A stretch of DNA of 64,000 bases from a virus. Shown here piece after piece: positions 49,436 to 58,425 of this stretch (its first letter is position 1; every line of letters begins with the position of its first letter). The stretch spans positions 32,001 to 96,000 of the IMG/VR virus record IMGVR_UViG_3300012953_000014; one strand, written 5' to 3'. Below the pieces are notes generated by a model that saw only the letters and a list, made by a program, of their open reading frames with translations, made no database searches and had not been told where the DNA came from. A program made the translations under genes and the position numbers.

Positions 49436-49737
49436 TTTACAATCCGTATTTTTATCCCGCCCTTTTTAAGACGGGATTTTTCTTTTCTTCCTCGGTTTTT
49501 AGATACAGGTTCACATGCAACTTCGTCATTCTCTATTCCATTGACGTGATGAAGTTCTTGCCCTTCCGGGCATTCCCCATGTTCCTTATCGTGCTTTCTT
49601 TTATCTCTCTTGCGCTTGTTGCGCTCTTCTTGTTCTTTGGAGCCTGGCTCGTTATATTCTTTCGAATAATCGCGGGGCGTATCAGATTCTTTATTCCACT
49701 TTTGTTCGCTAAGAGTCTTTTTTATTTTTATCTTCAT
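49432..49737 (-). CDS. Small HNH-like protein
   Basis: RDYSKEY..ELHHVNG..SKNRGR; probable start MKIKIKK. Confidence 0.5.
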   Translation of the reverse strand: MKIKIKKTLSEQKWNKESDTPRDYSKEYNEPGSKEQEERNKRKRDKRKHDKEHGECPEGQELHHVNGIENDEVACEPVSKNRGRKEKSRLKKGGIKIRIVK

Positions 49738-50014
49738 CTTTGTCTCCCTCTTTCTCATCTTCAGGTCGTTCTAAAGTTGCTCCCTTAATTTTGGCAGTAT
49801 CTACGCATATTCTTGCGGCGGCTTGAACTAGTGTAGTCCCAGGTTCTGGGTCGACTTTTTTATCCTTTACGATATCGGCAATACATTGATTGCGAGTATC
49901 AGTTGCCTTTTCTTTAGATTGAGATTGACTAAAGTGTAGTTCACTCTTTTCGCGTAACAAGACCTCAAGCTCTTCTTGAATAAACTTTTCGAGTTGTGAT
50001 CTTGTCAGCTTCAT
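49709..50014 (-). CDS. Leader-tagged hypothetical protein
   Basis: MKLTRSQLEKFIQEELE. Confidence 0.65.
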   Translation of the reverse strand: MKLTRSQLEKFIQEELEVLLREKSELHFSQSQSKEKATDTRNQCIADIVKDKKVDPEPGTTLVQAAARICVDTAKIKGATLERPEDEKEGDKDEDKNKKDS

Positions 50015-50028
50015 AAAAAACCTATAAC

Positions 50029-50385
50029 TTACTTGTCTTCTTTTTTCTTTTTGTCAACGTGACGTTTGGCTGGATGTTCGTGGTGTCCCTCTGCCAAAGA
50101 AGCTTGAGTTACAAGAATATCATCAGTGGAAACATTTTCCATGATTGTACCATCTTCCAATTGCATATCATATGCTGTTACTTTTCCAAGGTCTTCATTC
50201 CAGTTGTGATTAACTGCTTTCGCCTCTTGGATTTGACCATCAACATTTACACCACCATGATGAACACAATAATGATTTGGAGCAAATACAGCTTCTTCCT
50301 CATTGATTTCTTCTTCATTGTTTGCTAAAACGTTGTCCATTTCTTCTTTGATAAGTTGCTTCAATTGAGCTTTTGTTAATTTCAT
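50029..50385 (-). CDS. Leader-tagged hypothetical protein
   Basis: MKLTKAQLKQLIKEEM; NHYCVHH motif. Confidence 0.65.
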   Translation of the reverse strand: MKLTKAQLKQLIKEEMDNVLANNEEEINEEEAVFAPNHYCVHHGGVNVDGQIQEAKAVNHNWNEDLGKVTAYDMQLEDGTIMENVSTDDILVTQASLAEGHHEHPAKRHVDKKKKEDK

Positions 50386-50397
50386 TTTTTTTATTCC

Positions 50398-50595
50398 TTA
50401 TTGTTTTCCAAATTTCCATTGTGTGGCAATATCAGCGATACCTTGGATACCAATGTACCCTAAAGATATAGCAACCCATTGGTCGCCCGTGATGCTACCG
50501 AGATATAGAAATATTGTTGATAGTGAAAATACTGTGAACTTTCGAGAAATGACTTTTCCCAAAAGATTGTCTAAAACTGGTTTAAGTTGACTCAT
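50398..50595 (-). CDS. Holin-like small membrane protein
   Basis: 65 aa, SRKF then two TM segments, YIGIQGIAD. Confidence 0.55.
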   Translation of the reverse strand: MSQLKPVLDNLLGKVISRKFTVFSLSTIFLYLGSITGDQWVAISLGYIGIQGIADIATQWKFGKQ

Positions 50596-50597
50596 GA

Positions 50598-50840
50598 TTA
50601 TTTTCTCCCCCTAAATAGTACAACAAGTACAAGAAGAGAAACTAGACCAGCAAAGCCGCTTGAACCAATATCGTTAACAAGCTTAGTAATGTTGCCAATC
50701 ACTCCCATTCCAAAAATACCTTGGCCGTAAATAACTTCAACCAAAATAGCAAGAGCGACGAGATTCATAACAACGCCAGTGATTCCGGCTACGCCTTCAC
50801 CGACTTTTTCAAAAATGTCTTTGATTTCCAAATCTTTCAT
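50598..50840 (-). CDS. Small two-TM membrane protein
   Basis: Two hydrophobic helices, basic C-terminus; AGGAGGTG RBS. Confidence 0.6.
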   Translation of the reverse strand: MKDLEIKDIFEKVGEGVAGITGVVMNLVALAILVEVIYGQGIFGMGVIGNITKLVNDIGSSGFAGLVSLLVLVVLFRGRK

Positions 50841-50875
50841 AATATATCACCTCCTTATAAATAGTTTCTTTTTTA

Positions 50876-53800
50876 TTAACAGTTCACATTTGCATAACCA
50901 TTTTTCTTTTCTATATTAATAACAGAATCAGCAGAGTCTTTTAGGCTATCTAAATGCGAAATAAGCATAACTGTTTTGAAAACTGATTTTACAATATCAA
51001 GAATTCTAGTAAAACCTTCCATCCTCTCTTCGTCTAAAGCAGTACCAGGTTCATCAAGAATGAATACTTGACTCCTGGGGATAGTAGAGACCGCTATGAA
51101 TGCTAATCGGATTGCCATTGCGGACACTGTCTTTTCAGCACCGCTGGCCATTTCCAATGGACTCGGATCCCTATTTGGGTGTTTTATATATATGTCCAAG
51201 CGATTATCCTCAGTTTCAAAAAACACTTCAAAGTCTACCACATTAGCAAGGACTTTTGAAATTTCAGAGTTGATTACTGGTAGGCTCTTTTTGATAATGT
51301 CATATGCGATTCCGTTTGGATGCATCGCCCTCATATAAAGATCGTAAGCCTCATATTCATTTTGAGCCTGTTCTTTATTTTCTTTTTGCTCTTTCAGGTT
51401 TTCAATCTTTTGCTCATAATATCCATGACTTTTATAAAGATCCAATAATATATCTTCACACTGTTCTAGATCTTTATTATTTTCTTCAAGTTCTTTTTGC
51501 TTGTCGTTTGTCTGTAAGATGATCTCATTAATGTTTTCGATCACCTCTTTGTTTTCTTCGTAAAGTTTTTCTTTTGCGACCAAATCTTTCAATTCAAGTT
51601 CTGCAATGGACTTTTTTGATTGAAGGTTTTCCAATATTAAGAAAGAGCCTTTAGAATCTAACTCTAACTGGTTTTTGATGCTCAAGAACTTTTCAAACTT
51701 ACTTAAGTTTTCTACCACACCTTCGATGCCTAGCTGGTCTGCTGAGCGTTGTAAGGCTGCTTTTGTATTCCCATCCTTAACTGTTGATAGCTGGACAAGG
51801 CTTACTTTGTCTTTTGCTTCATATGCCCCCTTGATAAACTTACAATGAGAATATTCCTGTCCACATGGCACTTCATCCAACAAACCAATCTGCTTATTTA
51901 AGCGATCGATTTGACTTTTATCATTTTTAATTTGCCTTGTTATTTCATCAATCTGTTCAGAGATATCAGAATGCTTTTGTTTTTTAGAAGTTAAAAGTTC
52001 AACATCAAAACTTTTCACAAATTTATTTGCTTTTTTTATTTTATCTGTGGTTTTTACGGTGTTTTCTTTCTCATTTGAGATTTCCTTTCCTAAAGTTGCA
52101 ATCTTGTTCTTGTGTTTTTCAATACCAAGCTTTACTTCAGATATGTTTATAATCTCTGTTGGGGCTGATTTTACTTTATCTTCAAGAGAAGCGATTGTAT
52201 CTTTTGTAGTTTCAATGTTCCCTTTTAATCTTTTGCATTGAGATTTTCTAGCTTCGGTGATGGCCTCGTTATTTAGTAGTTCTTTTTTAAGTTTTTTAAT
52301 CTCAACATCATGATCTACGTTGTCTAAATTTTTTATTGAAGCTTTCAGCTCGGCAGCATCATCTTTGGCGGTTTTGAACTTTTTATCAAGCAAGTCAAGA
52401 TCTAGGAACTTAGCTAGGATTTCTTTTCTCTTTGTTGAACCTTCGTTGATAAAAACTAAAGACCCTAGCTGAGATGACATTGAGGTTAAGAGGAAATCTT
52501 CAATGGTTCCAAAGTACTTAATAATATTTTTATCAGTATCTGATCTTGTCAGGCCATTTAGTGATTTAGATTCTTCAGTCACAACATCATAACAGGAAAA
52601 ATCTAAAAATGTTTTTGCCTCGACTGTCTCGTTTCCTTTTAGCTTCTTAAGGTATTTTTCTACCTTGCGATATATTGTGTATACTTTGTTGCCTCGGCGA
52701 ATCTTGACTCTTCCAGAACCAGCCTCTTTGTCATTGTTAACTATGTTCAAGTTCTTGCGAGAATTTTTTGAAATTGAGTTATAGATCGTAAACAAAAGTG
52801 AGTCGACAATGCTCGACTTACCGGAGAAGTTTTTGCCAAAAATACCAGTGATTCCAACATATTTTGTAAAATCCAAACGATTACTTTCACCATAATTAAA
52901 AAGGTTATCCCACTCAAGTTCAAGAATCTCATAGTTTGTGTTCCTGTAAGTCTCGTCATTTTGTTCAGCTATTTGGTTGTATTTTTTATTGAGATCTAAA
53001 ACTCGCTTATCAAGCTCATTTGATATCTTATAATCTTCCAAATACTCTCTAATGAGTTTTTCTTGAACTGCAATATCTCTTAAATCGTCTCTCCTAAAAT
53101 CATCTGATACTTCAACACCATCTGTGGAGATTGCGCGATTGATAACCGAAACTGACTCTGGCTTGAATCTTTTCTTAGCTACATCAACGGCTTTTTTTAG
53201 GGCAGTTGATGAAATACTATTCTCAACAACCAATCTAACACGGGCACCTTCAGGTACAGCTTTTGTGGGTAGCTTCCCACCCTTTGTCAAGTGAATTGAA
53301 ATAAATGGTTTGGAGCTTGTATATAAAAATGGTTCGCAAGTAAAGTCTTTTTTATTCTTTATATCCCAAAGCAAAAAACCTTTGTGTTCTGATTCACCAA
53401 AGTTCTGTTGAACCGTTGAGCCCGCATATCTAATGCGTCCGGCTTTATCGAGCTTTTGATTCTCTAAGTGAATGTCACCAAGCATTGCATAATCAAAATC
53501 TTTAAAGATTGACATGTCATTTTCGCCGTGTTCCATTTTCCAACCAATGTCTGTTGTACATCCTGTAATAGAACCATGATAGAGTGCAATATTTGTTCTC
53601 GATTTGCTCGCGGGTTTGGCCCAGTTATCAACGTCGAACACTGAAAGTACATTCAGGGCGAAATCCTTGTGGATGATTGTTTCCCCAGAATTTTTTAGAA
53701 GGTGTAGATTTTTGTGATCCAACGCATCAGCGATTGGAGTAATAGAATCTTGTCTGTTTCCATTTCTTAAGTTACCGTCATGATTTCCTAATATAACATA

Positions 53801-54019
53801 TGTCGGTGCAATATCCGCCAGGCTTGAAAGAAAGTTTGATGCCATTTCCACATACTCTGGTGAGATTTGTGTCTTTGTGTGGCATATATCTCCGCAATGA
53901 ATAATAAAATCTACCTTCTCTTTTTTAAGATCCGAATAGATTTTATTAAATATTTCTTTGTATTCTTTATGATATTTTAAGTTGCGGATATGGGTATCCG
54001 CAATGTGAGCAAACTTCAT
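50876..54019 (-). CDS. Fused Mre11/SbcD nuclease - Rad50/SbcC ATPase (gp47-gp46)
   Basis: ADTH, GD, GNHD, LGDIH phosphoesterase motifs; GKNFSGKS Walker A, coiled coil, SGAE signature, LDEP Walker B, ISH. Confidence 0.92.
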   Translation of the reverse strand: MKFAHIADTHIRNLKYHKEYKEIFNKIYSDLKKEKVDFIIHCGDICHTKTQISPEYVEMASNFLSSLADIAPTYVILGNHDGNLRNGNRQDSITPIADALDHKNLHLLKNSGETIIHKDFALNVLSVFDVDNWAKPASKSRTNIALYHGSITGCTTDIGWKMEHGENDMSIFKDFDYAMLGDIHLENQKLDKAGRIRYAGSTVQQNFGESEHKGFLLWDIKNKKDFTCEPFLYTSSKPFISIHLTKGGKLPTKAVPEGARVRLVVENSISSTALKKAVDVAKKRFKPESVSVINRAISTDGVEVSDDFRRDDLRDIAVQEKLIREYLEDYKISNELDKRVLDLNKKYNQIAEQNDETYRNTNYEILELEWDNLFNYGESNRLDFTKYVGITGIFGKNFSGKSSIVDSLLFTIYNSISKNSRKNLNIVNNDKEAGSGRVKIRRGNKVYTIYRKVEKYLKKLKGNETVEAKTFLDFSCYDVVTEESKSLNGLTRSDTDKNIIKYFGTIEDFLLTSMSSQLGSLVFINEGSTKRKEILAKFLDLDLLDKKFKTAKDDAAELKASIKNLDNVDHDVEIKKLKKELLNNEAITEARKSQCKRLKGNIETTKDTIASLEDKVKSAPTEIINISEVKLGIEKHKNKIATLGKEISNEKENTVKTTDKIKKANKFVKSFDVELLTSKKQKHSDISEQIDEITRQIKNDKSQIDRLNKQIGLLDEVPCGQEYSHCKFIKGAYEAKDKVSLVQLSTVKDGNTKAALQRSADQLGIEGVVENLSKFEKFLSIKNQLELDSKGSFLILENLQSKKSIAELELKDLVAKEKLYEENKEVIENINEIILQTNDKQKELEENNKDLEQCEDILLDLYKSHGYYEQKIENLKEQKENKEQAQNEYEAYDLYMRAMHPNGIAYDIIKKSLPVINSEISKVLANVVDFEVFFETEDNRLDIYIKHPNRDPSPLEMASGAEKTVSAMAIRLAFIAVSTIPRSQVFILDEPGTALDEERMEGFTRILDIVKSVFKTVMLISHLDSLKDSADSVINIEKKNGYANVNC

Positions 54020-54027
54020 ATAATATG

Positions 54028-54056
54028 ATTATATTATATTATTGAACTAATGTCAA
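54028..54056 (-). promoter_or_regulatory. Perfect sigma70 consensus promoter
   Basis: TTGACA-17 nt-TATAAT ending 8 nt before the ATG at 54019. Confidence 0.85.
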
Positions 54057-54064
54057 GGAGAAAA

Positions 54065-54445
54065 TTAAGTTCCGCGAGTGAATCTTTTTGGGTCTCTTTC
54101 TCGGGCTTTAGCCATAGATTTTAGAGAATCTTCATCGGAGACAGCGGGCTTGGGATCTTTGCGAGGATAAAGTTCCATCATCGCTTCGTTTTCAAGTCGC
54201 ATTACATCATCTCTGCTCAGGGGTGGAATCATGCCTTCATCGTCTTTTGCGCCGCCATCTGCAAGGATTCCACGCAAGCGGTCACGCATCTCCATAGGCA
54301 CAATTCTACCTTTTTCTTTCATCATGCTATGAACGCCCTTAAGCCACTCTTTAGCGCGATCATAATCTGGTGAAGCTTGTTCATTGACATGATTTTCTAG
54401 TTCTTCTTTAATAATTTGTTGTAGCTTATCTTTTGTTAGTTTCAT
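54065..54445 (-). CDS. Leader-tagged hypothetical protein
   Basis: MKLTKDKLQQIIKEELE. Confidence 0.65.
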   Translation of the reverse strand: MKLTKDKLQQIIKEELENHVNEQASPDYDRAKEWLKGVHSMMKEKGRIVPMEMRDRLRGILADGGAKDDEGMIPPLSRDDVMRLENEAMMELYPRKDPKPAVSDEDSLKSMAKARERDPKRFTRGT

Positions 54446-54466
54446 TTGTATTATCCTTTGTGTGTT

Positions 54467-54562
54467 TTAGCAACAACCTTTTTCGCATTGGCAGCAACCA
54501 CAACAACAACAACAGTGTTTACTATCAAACACTTTAATCAGTTTATGTAAAAAATTTTTCAC
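54467..54562 (-). CDS. Cys-rich 31-aa peptide (metallothionein-like)
   Basis: GGGGGTG RBS, GTG start, MKNFLHKLIKVFDSKHCCCCCGCCQCEKGCC; ACTATTTA element upstream. Confidence 0.6.
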   Translation of the reverse strand: MKNFLHKLIKVFDSKHCCCCCGCCQCEKGCC

Positions 54563-54631
54563 TTCATCACCCCCGTTAAAATGATTGATTCTCCAATAAA
54601 TAGTTCCAAGCACGAAGAAAAGTTTATATTA

Positions 54632-55384
54632 TTATTCTTTCACCCAAGTGGCGTACCACCCCTTCACATTTCTCCCTAAATGATCTAAGCTGGCTGGGGT
54701 CGCACTTTTAAAAATCAAATTGTCTATGCTGTCTATCCAAGGGCATACATTATCATGATTGATTTGGCAAATCAATTTCCCACCAGGTTTTAAAATTTCA
54801 TTAATTTTATACTTCTTAACAGCCGATTCAACACTAAAATGAAATCCAACAGCGGCCATAGAATATACTAAATCGACTTCTTCCAGTTTTGTTATCTCGT
54901 CAGTATCTAAATTAATGTTTTCATAGTTTTTAAGACCATAATAAGAAGAAAACAGATTCATCATCTTAAAGTCATTATAAGGTGATGGTTCAGCGTTTTT
55001 TTTATAACCTTGGCCTCCGGGGAAAACAGATCCGAACTCGGGTTTGGTTTTGGGATCAAAAAGTGTTCTATTAAAATCAGCTAAATAAAATTTTGTGTCT
55101 AGTAATTCATTTTTTAAATTCATGTTCACAAAGCAAGAAAAACGCCCACTACCACAACCTAAATCAACAATTTTTTTGGGTATAAAATTTTCATTACAAA
55201 TTTCTGAACTTATGCTTTCATAATCAATTATTGAAAATCTATCTAAAACTTCTTCCATAGTGTTTATTGACTTTGTCCAGGATTGCAATTGTAAACTTAT
55301 GTAATATTCAATTTCTTCTATTTGTTTCCAATACTCGTGGTCTTTGTCGTGAACAAAGTTGCTAAATGTTTTTAATTCTTTCAT
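54632..55384 (-). CDS. Class I SAM-dependent methyltransferase
   Basis: IVDLGCGSGRF motif I, YLAD, DLVYS, LKPGGKL. Confidence 0.8.
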   Translation of the reverse strand: MKELKTFSNFVHDKDHEYWKQIEEIEYYISLQLQSWTKSINTMEEVLDRFSIIDYESISSEICNENFIPKKIVDLGCGSGRFSCFVNMNLKNELLDTKFYLADFNRTLFDPKTKPEFGSVFPGGQGYKKNAEPSPYNDFKMMNLFSSYYGLKNYENINLDTDEITKLEEVDLVYSMAAVGFHFSVESAVKKYKINEILKPGGKLICQINHDNVCPWIDSIDNLIFKSATPASLDHLGRNVKGWYATWVKE

Positions 55385-55398
55385 TATCTTCCCAAACC

Positions 55399-56310
55399 TT
55401 AATAGTAAAACTTCTCCAATAAGTAGCTGTCTAAAGAAAGAAAAGTGGCAGCTTTCTTGCGAGTCTGGAATGTTTCCTTATCCATCTCTCCAACATCTCC
55501 AAAACCCGAAGTATCAACCCTGTAAACATCCACGCCATATGACATAAATAGTTGGCTTATTTTATCTTGTTTTGCTCTTGCATCAGAATCCAATGCGATA
55601 TATACCTTGTCACAGTTATTCACAATCTTTTGAAAAATATAACTATTTTCACGCAACGTAGAGCCAAGAAGAGGAATCGCATTGCCAGCCACGATTGCAT
55701 CGAAGGCACCTTCAACAATAGTTACGTCCTGGGTCCAATCCAAATATAATTCATTAAATATGAAATCTTTCTCGGCAGGCGGGTTTTTATATTTTTGCCA
55801 CTCGCCGGGTGCATAAGATCTAGCAACAAAATAATTTATATTTCCATCCAAACCAAAAGAAGGGATTATAAGTCTTTTAGAATAAGGACCATCAGGGCAA
55901 TAACCAATCTTCCACCACACTAAATCATCTCTTGTCAGGTTTCTACCCTTAAGATATCTTCTCGCCTCCAACGATAAAGGTTTGGCCTGTTTTCCTGTTA
56001 GTGTCATAAACTCATCAGGTAATGTGACGGCAATTTTTTCCTCTTTATTTTCGTCTTTAGAAAAATCAACTACTCCGGCGATTGATTTCCATTGAGATTT
56101 ATTTTCAGGGCTTCCATAAGAATATACTAACTTGGAAACATCTTTTCCGACGTAATCACAAATCCAACACTTAAAAACATTCTTATCAAAGTTTATTGAA
56201 AGCTTTCTTCTGTGGTGTTTACATTTGGGACAATGAAAAAGAAACTCGTCTTTGGTCTTATAGAAAGAGCCCAAGAAATCTTTTATTATTCTAAGTTTTC
56301 TTTCAGACAT
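55399..56310 (-). CDS. DNA primase (gp61/DnaG-like)
   Basis: CPKC..CWIC Zn finger, KYKNP, TOPRIM VEGAFDA, LDSD, DVGEM. Confidence 0.9.
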   Translation of the reverse strand: MSERKLRIIKDFLGSFYKTKDEFLFHCPKCKHHRRKLSINFDKNVFKCWICDYVGKDVSKLVYSYGSPENKSQWKSIAGVVDFSKDENKEEKIAVTLPDEFMTLTGKQAKPLSLEARRYLKGRNLTRDDLVWWKIGYCPDGPYSKRLIIPSFGLDGNINYFVARSYAPGEWQKYKNPPAEKDFIFNELYLDWTQDVTIVEGAFDAIVAGNAIPLLGSTLRENSYIFQKIVNNCDKVYIALDSDARAKQDKISQLFMSYGVDVYRVDTSGFGDVGEMDKETFQTRKKAATFLSLDSYLLEKFYY

Positions 56311-56813
56311 GCTAAACCTGCGCGGGCCATAACCAATGCATCTGCCTGATCGTAATATTTTGGTTTTGGATTTCCATGCTTTGTATATTCTACACGAAAG
56401 TCGGGTTCGTTGTCAAGAAAAAATTTCATAACCACTTCTTTAGCTTTTTGGCCACGAGTAATGGTAATCCCGCACTTCTTTCTTGCTGATATTGCTGGGA
56501 TAAACTCTGGTTTAAGTCCGAACTCCTCATAACACATCCAGGTTGTTATGCCATTAAATTTAATTAATGTTGAAATTGTATGAGAAGAGGATTTACCCGC
56601 CATAAACATGTTGAGGGCAGGTTCTATGAAAATGTGATCAATGGGATAATCTATTTCTTTTAGTTTTTCTTTAATAAATAAAGATTTAGAAAATATGTCT
56701 GGGAAATGTCTTTTGTTTCTCATATCCCAACTGCCGACTTCCATCGCCTTGCCTTTAAGATCGACGATGGCATATCCGGTGATTGATGTTGAAATGTCTA
56801 AGCCAAGAATCAT
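56286..56813 (-). CDS. RuvC-like Holliday junction resolvase
   Basis: ILGLDISTSITG, FIE, DQADA. Confidence 0.8.
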   Translation of the reverse strand: MILGLDISTSITGYAIVDLKGKAMEVGSWDMRNKRHFPDIFSKSLFIKEKLKEIDYPIDHIFIEPALNMFMAGKSSSHTISTLIKFNGITTWMCYEEFGLKPEFIPAISARKKCGITITRGQKAKEVVMKFFLDNEPDFRVEYTKHGNPKPKYYDQADALVMARAGLACLKENLE

Positions 56814-57163
56814 TAAATATTCACTTCTTCATAGCCATACTCACGACCGACTGTCAGACCCCTGATCTTGTTCAGACCTGGGATTAAGACATCATTGTAG
56901 TATGCTCGTGGATCTTTCCCACGAGGAAGAACGAAGCGAATGGTGTATTCAGCAACAAATGTTTGTTCAGTGGATGAAATCTCGTCACCTCTGGTTGCAG
57001 TTGTTACGTTGGGAATGGCTCTCATGTCATCCATGACAACAGTTCGATCAATGTCCTTTGCTTGAACAATTGACATCGTAAACTCGGCCATATATTTTTT
57101 TAACAGTTTGTCTTCGGATTCATTAACAAACTTTCGCCATTTATTAAATTCGTTTTTCATCAC
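56813..57163 (-). CDS. Hypothetical protein
   Basis: 116-aa ORF right after a CTATTTA element. Confidence 0.65.
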   Translation of the reverse strand: MMKNEFNKWRKFVNESEDKLLKKYMAEFTMSIVQAKDIDRTVVMDDMRAIPNVTTATRGDEISSTEQTFVAEYTIRFVLPRGKDPRAYYNDVLIPGLNKIRGLTVGREYGYEEVNI

Positions 57164-57184
57164 TATAAATAGAATATTATTGTA

Positions 57185-58402
57185 TCAAAAATCTAACTTT
57201 AATTTAAATGTTAAATCATCGATTTCTCGTTTCCTTATTGGTGTCGCAAGCTTAGCTATTGCGATTAAATTTTTATTGTCATCGTATATACCAATCTTAC
57301 TGATATATGTTGTCTTTTCAAAGTCTGCGCTGCCAGAAGACCCGCTGTAAGGACTTTTTGTGATATTTTTGATTGAAAGACCGGGATTCTCTCTGTATGC
57401 AAATGAGCTGCTATAAGCTGGGCCGAGTGAACCAGATTGCCCATACTCAACAAATGTCGGATTGTTTGATTGGTTTAAGTGGCCCTTACGAGCGTGCGCT
57501 AACATTGTTACGTTCGGAACAAAGTTGGTCCCACTAAATGACATATCAAAACTGGAATATACTGCTGAAGATCCTGTTTGTCCAAAATAAACCCATCGAG
57601 GATTGTCTGCACCTACTGAAGATTCATATGTTTCAACATGTGGAGAGCCGGACTTTGTTTCAACAAGCCAAGAGCCAGTTAACATGATGATTCCATCGTT
57701 ATATAAAACAACACCAGCGATCTTGTTGGCGTTTGTACCAGAACCAGTAACACGCAGAACACCATCTTTATAGCGATCTGTTACTTCTTCCTGCACGGTT
57801 CCTGACAAAAGATATTTTAACGAGACTGTTCCTTTTTGAATTGATGAACCATAATAAATTGATGGTATATCAATAAAGCGCATTTGTTGTCGCCCTTTGT
57901 CCCAACCTTCACCCAGTGTTGAACTTAAAGCATAATAAGGACTATAAACATTATAGTTGAATAAAATATTTTCCAAAGCACCAAAAAAAGAACCTGAGCG
58001 CCTGTTTGCCGTTTTGGTTGGCGAGTTTCTGTCTATCCCAGAACCTGAAAAGGCCGGATAATAGAAAGAAGAAATACTGGAGGACATGGGGTATGAGCTT
58101 GAAAAAATATGCCCATAATCTTGTTCGTTGTAAGAAGCGGTGGTTGTTGACTTAAATGTGGTTTGATTTGAACCTTTCGACAGAAATGGGTAAATCAGAA
58201 AAGAATCTGAACGATTTACATTATATTCATAAAGATTGACACAACCAACCGGAACACCAGAAGCGGAATCAGAATATGTTCCAGCTTCACCAACATGATT
58301 GTTCAGGTAAACTGAACCCGTATAGATAAAAAGATCAACTTGAGGATGAGTCTTTAGTTGATTATAGAATACATCATTTCTACCAAATTTATAAAACGAC
58401 AT
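57185..58402 (-). CDS. Putative baseplate/tail structural protein
   Basis: C-terminal YISKIGIYDDNKNLIAIAKL..P..K..KLKLDF domain shared with its neighbour. Confidence 0.6.
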   Translation of the reverse strand: MSFYKFGRNDVFYNQLKTHPQVDLFIYTGSVYLNNHVGEAGTYSDSASGVPVGCVNLYEYNVNRSDSFLIYPFLSKGSNQTTFKSTTTASYNEQDYGHIFSSSYPMSSSISSFYYPAFSGSGIDRNSPTKTANRRSGSFFGALENILFNYNVYSPYYALSSTLGEGWDKGRQQMRFIDIPSIYYGSSIQKGTVSLKYLLSGTVQEEVTDRYKDGVLRVTGSGTNANKIAGVVLYNDGIIMLTGSWLVETKSGSPHVETYESSVGADNPRWVYFGQTGSSAVYSSFDMSFSGTNFVPNVTMLAHARKGHLNQSNNPTFVEYGQSGSLGPAYSSSFAYRENPGLSIKNITKSPYSGSSGSADFEKTTYISKIGIYDDNKNLIAIAKLATPIRKREIDDLTFKLKLDF

Positions 58403-58425
58403 AACTGTAACTAAATAGTCGTGTT

